Origin: an uncultured Candidatus Saccharibacteria bacterium
GTDB taxonomy: Bacteria; Patescibacteriota; Dojkabacteria; SC72
Direction of reading: 5' to 3'
DNA: 64,000 bases
Assembly (NCBI GenBank): GCA_964514595.1
Contig: CAZEQZ010000002.1
Coordinates: 118,506 to 182,505, forward strand
Of the stretch, positions 19,635-29,530 are shown piece after piece. The first letter of the stretch is position 1, and each line of letters begins with the position of its first letter. The position numbers were made by a program, and so were the translations under genes. The notes beneath the pieces were generated by a model that made no database searches, was not told the origin of the DNA, and was given only the letters and a program-made list of their open reading frames with translations.

Positions 19635-21908
19635 ATGCCTACTATTTCCTTGTCCAATAGTAGATGGATGAGTATAATGATTTGTCATATGTTAAAAACA
19701 ACCAAGTTTCTTAATAAAAATAACAGATACATTACTACTTCATTACTAATACTAATATCCCTTTCCTCTCTCCTACTTTTTCTTAATATACTAAAAATCA
19801 TAGACATAAATACCGTAGTTAGATTTAGACATCTACTCTTAACCACATCTTCCCTTTTCTTCTTGTATATCTTTTTACTAACAGAAAAAAGTCTCAAAAG
19901 AAAAAGGTATGAACTCATATCTCAAATTCTTTTTCTGTTATCTCTAGTTTCTAAAATACTCCTCACCTATTATCCAGATATTGTAATTAACATAACTGAG
20001 ATATATTCCTTTGTCCTTTCTTCCCTTAGTATATATATTAACTACTTTCTAGTAGCATCATCTTTGTTACTAATATGCACTCATAGAGGGTATATACAGA
20101 AGGAGCAGGAGATAAATTTGAGTAATAGATTAACATACTCATTACTCTTTGGAGTATTAATACTATTTACATGTATAAAGGCACCCTACTTTAATAACAA
20201 CTTCACCGGATACCATACTATGAAATACAATACGTATGTAGAGCCTGCAAAGTATATGGTAGAGAGAGGTGATTTTACTTGGTATCAACAGAAATATTTA
20301 GCCAATCCAATTACAAATCCAGAGGGTGGACCAAGAGTGCTTCCACAATTTCCTCTTCTAGAATGGACTTTGGCTTGTACGTTTAGTGTATTTAAGAATA
20401 ATACTATTGAGTTTAACACTAGACTAGTGACACATACAATTGGTTTGATTACTCTTCTGTTTCTGTTTTTGTTAGTAAAGAAATGGAGTAATAATTTGTA
20501 TGCATTAATTATTACAACCTTAATGGCTATTAACCCAATAGTAGCATTTGCCACATATGTGACTGTATATGATGGTATCAACTTTATGTTCCTAATGATA
20601 TCTCTGTATCTACTTTCTAAATACTTAGAACACAGGGAGAAGCTACATCTACTATCACTGTCGGGTATTATTATTGCTATAGCTACAGCAATAAAGGTAT
20701 CTTTCCTAATATGGGTACTACCTCCAACATTGCTTTTTATTTTGTTAAAGAGTAAGGGAATTACAAAAAAGGTTTTTGATTTTGTAGTACTGTATCTATT
20801 TGCAACTTTACTCTTTTTAACTACTAAGTTTGGTATTCCTAATTTAAGATTAGAACGAACAAGGAGTATTTTAATACTGGTTGTAGGTTTAGTAATTTTG
20901 ATTACTACCTATCTACTGTTAAAGAAATTTAGAAATTATATTTCTAATTTCCTTAACTATTTAGAAAAGAAAAGAATATTAATTCCTTTATTAGTTATAT
21001 CGGTATTGATAGCAGTTCCTATTGGTTTCAATTATCTTGCTAATGATAACCTTCTACTTAACTTCATAACAGACAGGAGATTGATATTTAACTGGGAGTT
21101 CTACAGATATATGTTGGTTAATCAATTTATACCTTCCGTATCTGATCCTCTTTTCTATATATCTGTGTTTGGGTTTTTGACATTACTATTTGTAAAGGAT
21201 AAAGGGATTAAACAAATTAATTTAGTTATACTATTTACAGCCCTATTCTTCTGGGTTGTAGCATCTAAGAGTATATTTCCTCATAGTTACTATATAGAGA
21301 TAATTATGTTTGGTTTGTTATTAGGTTCTACAACATTTATATACTCTGTTTTAAAGACCTCTTCTACCTATTTAAGGATTTTATTCTTAATATTACTCAT
21401 AGTATTAGCTTTTCCTGTATGTATTAAACATACACAGTCTGTATTAGAAGTGCAGATCCCTACATTAGATGAGGCTGCTAAGTATTTAGAAGAGAATAGT
21501 AAAGAGGATGAAATATATATAGATGAGAGTGTATTTCTTGCTCTTACTTTAAAAACAGGAAGAGCAAGAGTGGGAGATGTTAATGCTTTTTCTGATGAAG
21601 AATTTAAAAAGGATGTTAAGGAGTTAAGGTTTGGTAGTGCTATGAATAAGTATAATGTTAAGTACTTAATAACTATACATGAGCATCCTATATATGAGAA
21701 TTATGTACATATATTTACAGATGAGTATTTAGATACTACTGAGTTTGATCGAGGATCTGTGGTATTACATATGATGGATCCTAGTAATAATGATAGGTAT
21801 GAGGATTTAGAGTACAGGTTGGAGTTAGTAGAGAAGTATAACTTAAGGGATAGGTTTGTATTAGAGAAGGATGTAGGAGGGTATAGGTTTTTTAGGTTTG
21901 TGGATTAA
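19635..21908 (+). CDS. large polytopic membrane protein with C-terminal soluble domain, putative GT-C glycosyltransferase
   Basis: 757 aa, at least 12 TM helices followed by about 170-aa hydrophilic C-terminal domain; divergent from wzm; true start may be internal. Confidence 0.35.
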   Translation: MPTISLSNSRWMSIMICHMLKTTKFLNKNNRYITTSLLILISLSSLLLFLNILKIIDINTVVRFRHLLLTTSSLFFLYIFLLTEKSLKRKRYELISQILFLLSLVSKILLTYYPDIVINITEIYSFVLSSLSIYINYFLVASSLLLICTHRGYIQKEQEINLSNRLTYSLLFGVLILFTCIKAPYFNNNFTGYHTMKYNTYVEPAKYMVERGDFTWYQQKYLANPITNPEGGPRVLPQFPLLEWTLACTFSVFKNNTIEFNTRLVTHTIGLITLLFLFLLVKKWSNNLYALIITTLMAINPIVAFATYVTVYDGINFMFLMISLYLLSKYLEHREKLHLLSLSGIIIAIATAIKVSFLIWVLPPTLLFILLKSKGITKKVFDFVVLYLFATLLFLTTKFGIPNLRLERTRSILILVVGLVILITTYLLLKKFRNYISNFLNYLEKKRILIPLLVISVLIAVPIGFNYLANDNLLLNFITDRRLIFNWEFYRYMLVNQFIPSVSDPLFYISVFGFLTLLFVKDKGIKQINLVILFTALFFWVVASKSIFPHSYYIEIIMFGLLLGSTTFIYSVLKTSSTYLRILFLILLIVLAFPVCIKHTQSVLEVQIPTLDEAAKYLEENSKEDEIYIDESVFLALTLKTGRARVGDVNAFSDEEFKKDVKELRFGSAMNKYNVKYLITIHEHPIYENYVHIFTDEYLDTTEFDRGSVVLHMMDPSNNDRYEDLEYRLELVEKYNLRDRFVLEKDVGGYRFFRFVD

Positions 21909-21919
21909 TTAATCTTACT

Positions 21920-22810
21920 TCAGAGATAAGGATTTTCTGGTAATATTGTAATTTTGTATCCACTTTTTCTTAACTGAGTCACCAGGTTTTTCTCTGGCAT
22001 CTCCTTTAATATAATACCCGTCAAAATACCACCATTTATTAGACCTACTTTTTGCAGAAACTCTGCTAAAAGTATTCTTTTTTTGATTTTTTTAAATAAT
22101 TTTGATTCTTTCTTCACTTTTTGGAACTCTACTCCTTTTTGATAATAATCCTGTTGAACCTTAGAAGCCACAAACCTGTAACCTAAACCTAAAGCATATT
22201 TCTCAATTTCTCGGCTTGACAATTTATACACGTAGTTCCCAGATTCCTCAAAATTATGATCTTCCTTCTTTAATCCCACAATTTTCATTAATTTATTCGA
22301 GACAATTTGCAAGATGGAATCATAAAGTAGGGTATCTTTTGGCTCCTGTAGTACAATTCCTATCTTCGAAACTCGTAACATTTCATATACCGCAATAGCA
22401 GGCCTCGGAAAATGATGATACGATTCTTTACAATAAACAAAATCGAACTGATTATCTTGAAAAGACAAATTTTCTGCATTTTGCCTTGAATATTCTTTTA
22501 TAAAACCTCTGTCATTCGATATTTTTAATAATCTATCTTGAATATCAGTAGCACAAACATTTAATCCTTTTTCTAACAAATAATTCGCATCTGTGCCATA
22601 TCTACCATCACCTATTGTCAACCAAGAAGACATTGGAAAATGTTCTATTAAAGGCAATATAGAATTTCTAATTCTTATATGTCTCCAATAATCAATAGTA
22701 TCCTTTAGGAACCAAGTCTCACTCTTCTCCTTGGATTTTTCGTCGTCCAAAATACTCTCTTGGTATCCTTTTTGCATTTTGTATAGTTTATTCAACTCAT
22801 TTTCCCCCAT
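21920..22810 (-). CDS. class I SAM-dependent methyltransferase
   Basis: 'WLTIGDGRYGTDANYL...ATDI...FDFVYCKESYHHF' motifs I-III of Rossmann methyltransferases. Confidence 0.6.
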   Translation of the reverse strand: MGENELNKLYKMQKGYQESILDDEKSKEKSETWFLKDTIDYWRHIRIRNSILPLIEHFPMSSWLTIGDGRYGTDANYLLEKGLNVCATDIQDRLLKISNDRGFIKEYSRQNAENLSFQDNQFDFVYCKESYHHFPRPAIAVYEMLRVSKIGIVLQEPKDTLLYDSILQIVSNKLMKIVGLKKEDHNFEESGNYVYKLSSREIEKYALGLGYRFVASKVQQDYYQKGVEFQKVKKESKLFKKIKKRILLAEFLQKVGLINGGILTGIILKEMPEKNLVTQLRKSGYKITILPENPYL

Positions 22811-23741
22811 ATCTATATTTTCTATACAATCTATATATTGAACATTCTTTTATTAAATTTCTCAGAAATTCTTCTACTTTTTCCACCTTATATATTCTTT
22901 TGAATTTCTTCATAATCTTTTTATCCTCCTTTACTTCCTTTGGATACATCGAAATTAATCCATTTATACGTTGATTTTGATCATATCTATTCGTTTCCCC
23001 ACAGTTCACCCCACTCCCATCCATTCCTATGTTATCAACATATGACTTAACAGGATATATACAATATGCATTCTTTTTAAAATGTGTATAACACCATCTA
23101 ATAGCCCATGAGTCTAATTCTCCATTCATTTGTTTTATTAACATATCTGTCATATCATCTCCACCTTTATTAAATTCTTTTTGTAATTGTCTATTCTTTA
23201 GAAATTCTTTGTAATCTTTTACTTCCCAATCTGCCTTCTCCCATCTATCTTTCCATGTAGCCCATCCCCATGATCCTGCTCTAGGAGAGAAGTATATGTC
23301 ATATTTATAGTCTTTAGGTATTCTCATTAGTTTAGGAGGAAAGTTATATCCTGTTATTGAGTATATCTTCTTCTCATCTTTATACTTATCTAGCATATTA
23401 TTCATGTATGTTAGAAACATTGGTGATGTTACTAAATCATCTTCAATTAATATTACCTTATCATGTTTATTTATCACTTCTGTTACTCCTTGTATTATGG
23501 ATTTAGCTAATCCATAGTTTTGTTTTCTTTCTGTAATATGTATTTCTTTAAAACCTTTAATGGTATGTATATATTCTCTTACCTTCCTAACATCTTCCCT
23601 ATGTTCCTCTTTTTTAGGATAGTCTGAGTATATGTATAGGATACTTTTAGAAGCCAGTTTATTTCTTAACAAAGCTTGTACTGTTTTTTTAGTATGTATT
23701 GGTCTGTTATATACTGTTAGGATAATGGGGGATGGCATCAT
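22797..23741 (-). CDS. glycosyltransferase (GT-A fold)
   Basis: 'IILTVYNRPIHTKKTVQAL...ILIEDDL' GT-A N-terminal beta-alpha-beta with DD-containing motif; 314 aa. Confidence 0.5.
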   Translation of the reverse strand: MMPSPIILTVYNRPIHTKKTVQALLRNKLASKSILYIYSDYPKKEEHREDVRKVREYIHTIKGFKEIHITERKQNYGLAKSIIQGVTEVINKHDKVILIEDDLVTSPMFLTYMNNMLDKYKDEKKIYSITGYNFPPKLMRIPKDYKYDIYFSPRAGSWGWATWKDRWEKADWEVKDYKEFLKNRQLQKEFNKGGDDMTDMLIKQMNGELDSWAIRWCYTHFKKNAYCIYPVKSYVDNIGMDGSGVNCGETNRYDQNQRINGLISMYPKEVKEDKKIMKKFKRIYKVEKVEEFLRNLIKECSIYRLYRKYRYGGK

Positions 23742-24430
23742 GTTTTTGATTTTTTAAAAATATAAGTCCTCAACGTTTTTGCTATTAATTTATAATCTTG
23801 ATTTTTTAAGTACATATATGTGGGATCATTTTTAACGTCTTCCAAAATTAGGTTTAAAGATTCAACTAAAAGGTATTCTACCGGATATTTCTCCCAATCA
23901 TTTGACTTCAATACATCCAAATCTAAACCCTCGACATCTACATTCATAAAATCTATTTTACAATCCTTCTTTATATGTTTATCCAAGACTTCGACCAGTG
24001 GAAATGTTTTTATTTTTCTTTGCTCTATAACCCTGTGATTTGTTTCCCTCTCTCTACATTCAGCAACTTCTTTTGAAAAGGTATTTAAAGCTGGTTCACG
24101 AAACATATAATAAATTTCCGTTTCCCTTTGTCTCGAAATTGCAATTTCTAAATTTATATCCCTAGGTCTTTTTTTATCAAAAATTCTCATTGAGCCAGGA
24201 AGAGGATCTATGTTAATACCATTCCATCCTCTCTTATAAAACATATACGTATTTGAAAATCTTGAAGGATGATGGGCTCCAATATCAATATAGAAGCCTG
24301 TTTCTTTTTCTCCGATAGCCTCTGCTAGGATAATATCTTCTCCTCCCTGGGAATATATTCTGTTTGAATTACTTCCTACTTCATTTCGTATGAAATTCTT
24401 TATTTTCTTTATATCAAAAGGCTGTACCAT
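23738..24430 (-). CDS. FkbM family methyltransferase
   Basis: 'SQGGEDIILAEAIGEKETGFYIDIGAHHP' matches the FkbM-domain signature. Confidence 0.65.
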   Translation of the reverse strand: MVQPFDIKKIKNFIRNEVGSNSNRIYSQGGEDIILAEAIGEKETGFYIDIGAHHPSRFSNTYMFYKRGWNGINIDPLPGSMRIFDKKRPRDINLEIAISRQRETEIYYMFREPALNTFSKEVAECRERETNHRVIEQRKIKTFPLVEVLDKHIKKDCKIDFMNVDVEGLDLDVLKSNDWEKYPVEYLLVESLNLILEDVKNDPTYMYLKNQDYKLIAKTLRTYIFKKSKT

Positions 24431-24444
24431 AGATATAACTTAAT

Positions 24445-25110
24445 TTAATTAAGACCTGCTTTAGACAGAAGGATATCATTTTTCCTCTCCAAATTTAATT
24501 CACTACCACTGAACAGTATACTTGTGGTCCAGGAATAGCTATTTATGGGGCCAAAGCCATGAAAATCTACCTGAGAATAGTTATTATTAACTCTCATTTC
24601 CTTTAATAAATCTGGATATCTATCCGAATTATCAAATATTATTAAACCTCCATTGCATAAAAATCTTGGGGAGAGTTTTGCACATTCCTTTCTGTATTTT
24701 CCATCTATCACTATAATATCGAAGAGCTTTTTCTGTTTACCAAGGGCATTGATATATTCCTCCTTTGTTTGCAAGAAAAATATTTTGTTATTAGGTAATC
24801 GCTTTTGGAGCATCTTTTCAAACCATTCGCTATCATCTTCTATAGAAATTACCTCTTTTGCCCTTTTACCCCAGAACAAGGATGAGCTACCACACCCCCA
24901 TTCGAAAATCATCTTTTCGGAGTAATCAAATTGATCAAGATACTCAATAGCTGGGTAGGTATACCAAGGTAAAGAATCTTTTTCATCACTTATTGCTGAT
25001 CTTTTAGTAATAGAAAGCCAATGCCCATATTTTAAGCTAATATTTTTGTAAGTAGACATCTCCTTTAAAAAAGCTCTCAAGAAGATAGGTTTCTTTTTTT
25101 TCTTTGTCAT
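24445..25110 (-). CDS. class I SAM-dependent methyltransferase
   Basis: 'IFEWGCGSSSLFW' glycine-rich motif I, 'IIVIDG', 'LIIFDN'. Confidence 0.55.
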   Translation of the reverse strand: MTKKKKKPIFLRAFLKEMSTYKNISLKYGHWLSITKRSAISDEKDSLPWYTYPAIEYLDQFDYSEKMIFEWGCGSSSLFWGKRAKEVISIEDDSEWFEKMLQKRLPNNKIFFLQTKEEYINALGKQKKLFDIIVIDGKYRKECAKLSPRFLCNGGLIIFDNSDRYPDLLKEMRVNNNYSQVDFHGFGPINSYSWTTSILFSGSELNLERKNDILLSKAGLN

Positions 25111-26459
25111 AAAAACACTCTCCTGAATACTCTTAAAATATTAAAACTTCTAAGAAGTTGGAATCCTGCTTCTTTACTATCCTTGAATATTAAAACAGAA
25201 TATGTAGCTATTATATAGGTTATAAGTGTTGAATACGCAGCACCTATAATTCCAAATCTAGGGATCAAAAAAACATTCAAGATTATATTACAAATTGCCC
25301 CTATGCTTGTCATAAAAAGAGATATCTTTGTTAAATTCTCTGCTATGAGATATTTTCCTACTGCTACACCCCCAAAAACTCCTACTCCTGCCCAAATATG
25401 TACTGCCAACACACTAGAAGCTTTAATATATTCATCTCCATATAGGGTTTTTATTATTAATGGGGATGACAAACTAACTACAATTGCCACAAGTATTGTA
25501 AACCAAGTAAAAGAATCATATAACATTTGAAGTCTTTCTCTATATAATTTTTCTGATTTTCTTTTTGTATTAAGGATAGAGGGGAAGACGGAGACAGATA
25601 CTATATTGGGTATAAAATACCAGGCTTCCGACAATTTCACAGCAGATGAATATATCCCTAAATCCTTTTCTCCTAATATCCCCCCTATCATAACCTGATC
25701 TATCTTCATATAAATCATGACTGCAATACCACTTAGTATTAAAGGCCAACTATCTCCCAATAACTCCTTCGCCGTTTTTAGACTCGCTCTCCATCGCATG
25801 ATACTAACTCCTTCTCTTTTAATGTAGAAATATAACATGAATATCGCAATCAAAAGGAAGTCTAATGAGAACATCAGAACAAAACTTACTAGTGAAGATT
25901 GGGTTATTATAAGTATGACTTTTAGAATAGACACTAATCCGAAAGATATAGATCGAGCATATACAGAATATTTTGCTTCTATTTTGGATTGAAACCAAAA
26001 ATCAATAACATCAAATGCTTTAAATATATATCCGAATGCAAGTATTAAAACAAATAATCTTATCAGGAAATTTTGCGATTGGACAAAATATATGACTATG
26101 CTTGATAATATTAACAATATAAATGATCCTAAGAGTTTTAATACAAAAGCAGTTCCAAGATATTCGTCTTTATTCTCCGTCTTTAATAATATATTTCTAA
26201 TTATAATATTATCTAATCCCAATGTTGAGAAAGTTGAAAATAATGCTACGAAAGCTACCGCATAATTCATAGTCCCAAATTGTTTTGGGCCTAAGTACCT
26301 TGCAACCCAAGCAACTATGAATAACCCAAGAATATCTTTAAATATAACTCCAGCAGTCAACCAATTAATATTTCCCATTATTTTCCTTAACTCATGATTG
26401 TCCTCGGCCTTCGCTCTTAGCTTGTAAGGAAGTATTTTTATCAGACTAGAGGTTATCAT
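25107..26459 (-). CDS. oligosaccharide flippase (Wzx/MOP family), second copy
   Basis: 450 aa, about 12-14 TM helices; N-terminus 'WLTAGVIFKDILGLFIVAWVARYLGPKQFG' typical of Wzx. Confidence 0.7.
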   Translation of the reverse strand: MITSSLIKILPYKLRAKAEDNHELRKIMGNINWLTAGVIFKDILGLFIVAWVARYLGPKQFGTMNYAVAFVALFSTFSTLGLDNIIIRNILLKTENKDEYLGTAFVLKLLGSFILLILSSIVIYFVQSQNFLIRLFVLILAFGYIFKAFDVIDFWFQSKIEAKYSVYARSISFGLVSILKVILIITQSSLVSFVLMFSLDFLLIAIFMLYFYIKREGVSIMRWRASLKTAKELLGDSWPLILSGIAVMIYMKIDQVMIGGILGEKDLGIYSSAVKLSEAWYFIPNIVSVSVFPSILNTKRKSEKLYRERLQMLYDSFTWFTILVAIVVSLSSPLIIKTLYGDEYIKASSVLAVHIWAGVGVFGGVAVGKYLIAENLTKISLFMTSIGAICNIILNVFLIPRFGIIGAAYSTLITYIIATYSVLIFKDSKEAGFQLLRSFNILRVFRRVFL

Positions 26460-27229
26460 TTAAGTTTTTTGCTATATTTTATTTTGTATAGATATTTGGT
26501 AAACCCGAATTTGTTTATCAGAAACTTAAGAGCTAATTCTACTCTACTTCTAAAATAAAACCAAATTGAATATTTCAAACCAAAATATTTCCTCAAGGCT
26601 TTGTACCCCTCAGAGATTCTTGAACTAACACCACCTTTACGAAAATAAACAATCGATCTATCAATCTCCTTCATTTCTACACCATTGGTATACATTCTAC
26701 AAAGATATTCATAATCACCAGATCCTTTATAAGATGTGTCGAAATTTCCTAATTTCTTAAAAACATCCTTCTTATAAAAGAATGCTTGCTGGGGGAGAAT
26801 ATTATGTTTTATCAAATTTTTCTTATTAATAGAACTCTTAAGTTTAAATTTTATGTTCAACTCCTCTATTGTTTTGGTTACATAACCATAAACTAATTCT
26901 ACTTTGGGATTTTTTTCAAAAACTTTTATAACATCTCGTATAACATTATTATCAAAAAAATAATCATCTGCATTTAAGAAATGAACAATTTCTCCATTTG
27001 CCTTAAGTAATCCCTTGTTCATTGCATCATAGATCCCTTTATCAGGTTCTGATATCCAATATGTTATTTTATCTTGATACTTATTGATTAAATCAACAGT
27101 TCCATCTGTAGACCCCCCATCTATTACAATATATTCTATATTTGGATAGGTTTGATTAAATATAGATTTAAAACATCTTTCTAAATATTTTCCGGAATTG
27201 TAACAGACCGTTATAATTGTTAATGTCAT
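26456..27229 (-). CDS. glycosyltransferase family 2
   Basis: 'LTIITVCYNSGKYLERCFKSIFNQTY...YIVIDGGSTDGT...FLNADD'. Confidence 0.8.
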   Translation of the reverse strand: MTLTIITVCYNSGKYLERCFKSIFNQTYPNIEYIVIDGGSTDGTVDLINKYQDKITYWISEPDKGIYDAMNKGLLKANGEIVHFLNADDYFFDNNVIRDVIKVFEKNPKVELVYGYVTKTIEELNIKFKLKSSINKKNLIKHNILPQQAFFYKKDVFKKLGNFDTSYKGSGDYEYLCRMYTNGVEMKEIDRSIVYFRKGGVSSRISEGYKALRKYFGLKYSIWFYFRSRVELALKFLINKFGFTKYLYKIKYSKKLK

Positions 27230-27244
27230 TAAGATACTATTAAA

Positions 27245-28342
27245 TCAATTTATATTAGAAAGAAAGGTCTTAGCATTTTTTACTATATCATGATTGTCTT
27301 TCACGTATTCATACGCATTTTGGCTCATCTTATTATATAAAGCCATATCATCTGAAAGCCTTATAAATGAAGCATTCAACAATTCTTCATTATTATTACA
27401 AAAAATCCCTCCACAATACTCATCTATCAAAGACCCATAATTTAAACTTAAACTCAAAACTGGTAAACTAGTTGCCGTAGCTTCCAAAACTGTCATAGGC
27501 CAGTCTCCCTCTTTTTCAGATGTTAAAACAAATATTCTACTTTCCGAAAGATATTTGTATATTTCTTTTTGAATGACCATGGATAAAAAAGTTAAGTTAG
27601 AAATCTTTTTTGATCTTTTTCTGATATATGAAAACACTCCACTGTCAGTTGTCGCCTTCATACAAATTAATAAGAAGTTTTTATCAATGTGTTCTTCAGC
27701 TAAATTCAAAAATGCCTCAACGTTCTTCCATCTTTCAGATCTACCTACCCATATCGCATCATATTTTTTATTTCCCTTTCGCTTTGGTGGTACTCTACTA
27801 AGATCTAACCCTTTTTTTAAAAGGACAATTTTTTCTACTGGCATTCGTCTGGATAACCATTCTTTCTCGTAATTATTTTGTACAAAGATTACATCCGCGA
27901 ATTTAAAGGTTAATCTTGCTAATAGGGATTTAATCTTACTAGCATAAAGATTATGCATTCCGTCAGCCTCACTATCGTGGGCAACCATATATATAAATTT
28001 CTTTCTTCTCAACTTTGTATATAAAGCTATAAGTCCTGACTCTATCGTCAAAGTCCTTTGGACATAAATGTCAGCATTAACTTTATTAAATATTTTAAAG
28101 AAACATAATATTTGTGATAGTTTATTAGATTCAAAGTTTAGAGATTTCCACACCTTAACTCCAAGATATTCCTCTATTTTTTTCTGGCCATAATCTGCAG
28201 TTATAAAATTAACATCTAAATCTTTCTTCTTTGCCAATTCGATTCCTAACATATAAAGCTGAACCTCCGCCCCACCAAAAGTAACTTTTATCTTAGGATT
28301 AAATAATGGGTAAGCTTTAGGAGATATAAAACAGATTCTCAT
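27245..28342 (-). CDS. glycosyltransferase family 4
   Basis: GT-B architecture, 'EGDWPMTVLEATATSLPVLS' EX7E motif. Confidence 0.65.
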   Translation of the reverse strand: MRICFISPKAYPLFNPKIKVTFGGAEVQLYMLGIELAKKKDLDVNFITADYGQKKIEEYLGVKVWKSLNFESNKLSQILCFFKIFNKVNADIYVQRTLTIESGLIALYTKLRRKKFIYMVAHDSEADGMHNLYASKIKSLLARLTFKFADVIFVQNNYEKEWLSRRMPVEKIVLLKKGLDLSRVPPKRKGNKKYDAIWVGRSERWKNVEAFLNLAEEHIDKNFLLICMKATTDSGVFSYIRKRSKKISNLTFLSMVIQKEIYKYLSESRIFVLTSEKEGDWPMTVLEATATSLPVLSLSLNYGSLIDEYCGGIFCNNNEELLNASFIRLSDDMALYNKMSQNAYEYVKDNHDIVKNAKTFLSNIN

Positions 28343-29466
28343 AACATTAATTTTTCATATTTTGATAAAACTTTCTCCCAATCATAATGCTCGAGGACCC
28401 TTCTCCTTGCCTTTTTCCCCAATTCTTCAATGATTCTTTCATTTTCAATCAAATGCTCAATCTTTTCGTTCAAAACTTTGTGATCACCTACTGGAACAAT
28501 TTCTCCTGAGTCTCCGACAGTTTCTGGACAACCTGAAACATTTGTTGTTATGACGGCACAACCAGCAGACATAGCTTCCAAGAGTGCTATCGATGCATTT
28601 TCCCTTTCTGATGCTAGTACATAAATAGATGCAGTTTCTAGTAAATTCTTATATTCCGCAGAATTATTATCTAACCAGCCATGAAAAATGATAGATGTCT
28701 TTGATCTTTTTGCTAAACTTCTTAAATCCTCCATCATCGGTCCATCTCCTGCGATATGAACTTCATATTCATATTTTTTATGACTAACAGCTTTTATCAA
28801 ATACTGAAAACCTTTCCTAGGTAATAATCTTCCACTTGAGAAAATTATCTTTCTTTTATTTTTGTTAGGTTTAAATTTTTCAATATAAATACCATTTGGA
28901 ATCACTACTATTTTCCTAAAACCTATTTCTCTTTTTATAAGATTTGCCAAATAATTTGAAGGAGAAATAATAGTTTTGCAGTTTTGACAAATCATTTTAA
29001 GTATAGGCTTTGTAAATTTGTGGAGAAACTTAAATCTGTCGGGATTATATCCTGGCACATCACTTCCATGGCTTGTAATTACATACTCTAACCCATACTT
29101 CTTCTTTAACCATAAAGATATAATTCCTGTCGGGATTATGAAATGAGTATGGTTAATATCATACTCATAGTTTTTCATGTGCTCCCTCAAAAAGAGAATT
29201 GAAGAAATTATGTATGTTAATTGCTCGAGTGGATAACATATTTCTTTTTTTGATCTTAAGCAATTTACTCTATACACATGAATACCATTACTTACTTCAT
29301 ATTCAGGAAGATCTTTATATCTCATGGTGACCACATCTACCCTATGTCCCCTTTTAACTAACCCTTTAGCTATTTCATAACTAACAGGGCTTGCCCCTCC
29401 CCCTAATGGAGGAAATTCATAATTTAACATTAATATTTTCTTTGACATTTCCCCATTATACCCCAT
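28339..29466 (-). CDS. glycosyltransferase family 4
   Basis: 'NYEFPPLGGGASPVSYEIAKGLVKRGH' GT4 N-terminus; 'ENASIALLEAMSAGCAVITT' EX7E motif. Confidence 0.8.
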   Translation of the reverse strand: MGYNGEMSKKILMLNYEFPPLGGGASPVSYEIAKGLVKRGHRVDVVTMRYKDLPEYEVSNGIHVYRVNCLRSKKEICYPLEQLTYIISSILFLREHMKNYEYDINHTHFIIPTGIISLWLKKKYGLEYVITSHGSDVPGYNPDRFKFLHKFTKPILKMICQNCKTIISPSNYLANLIKREIGFRKIVVIPNGIYIEKFKPNKNKRKIIFSSGRLLPRKGFQYLIKAVSHKKYEYEVHIAGDGPMMEDLRSLAKRSKTSIIFHGWLDNNSAEYKNLLETASIYVLASERENASIALLEAMSAGCAVITTNVSGCPETVGDSGEIVPVGDHKVLNEKIEHLIENERIIEELGKKARRRVLEHYDWEKVLSKYEKLML

Positions 29467-29530
29467 ACCTAATCCTATGTAATTCTAAGTATGGGCAAAT
29501 AGATAAAGATAAAATATAATACAAGATAGT

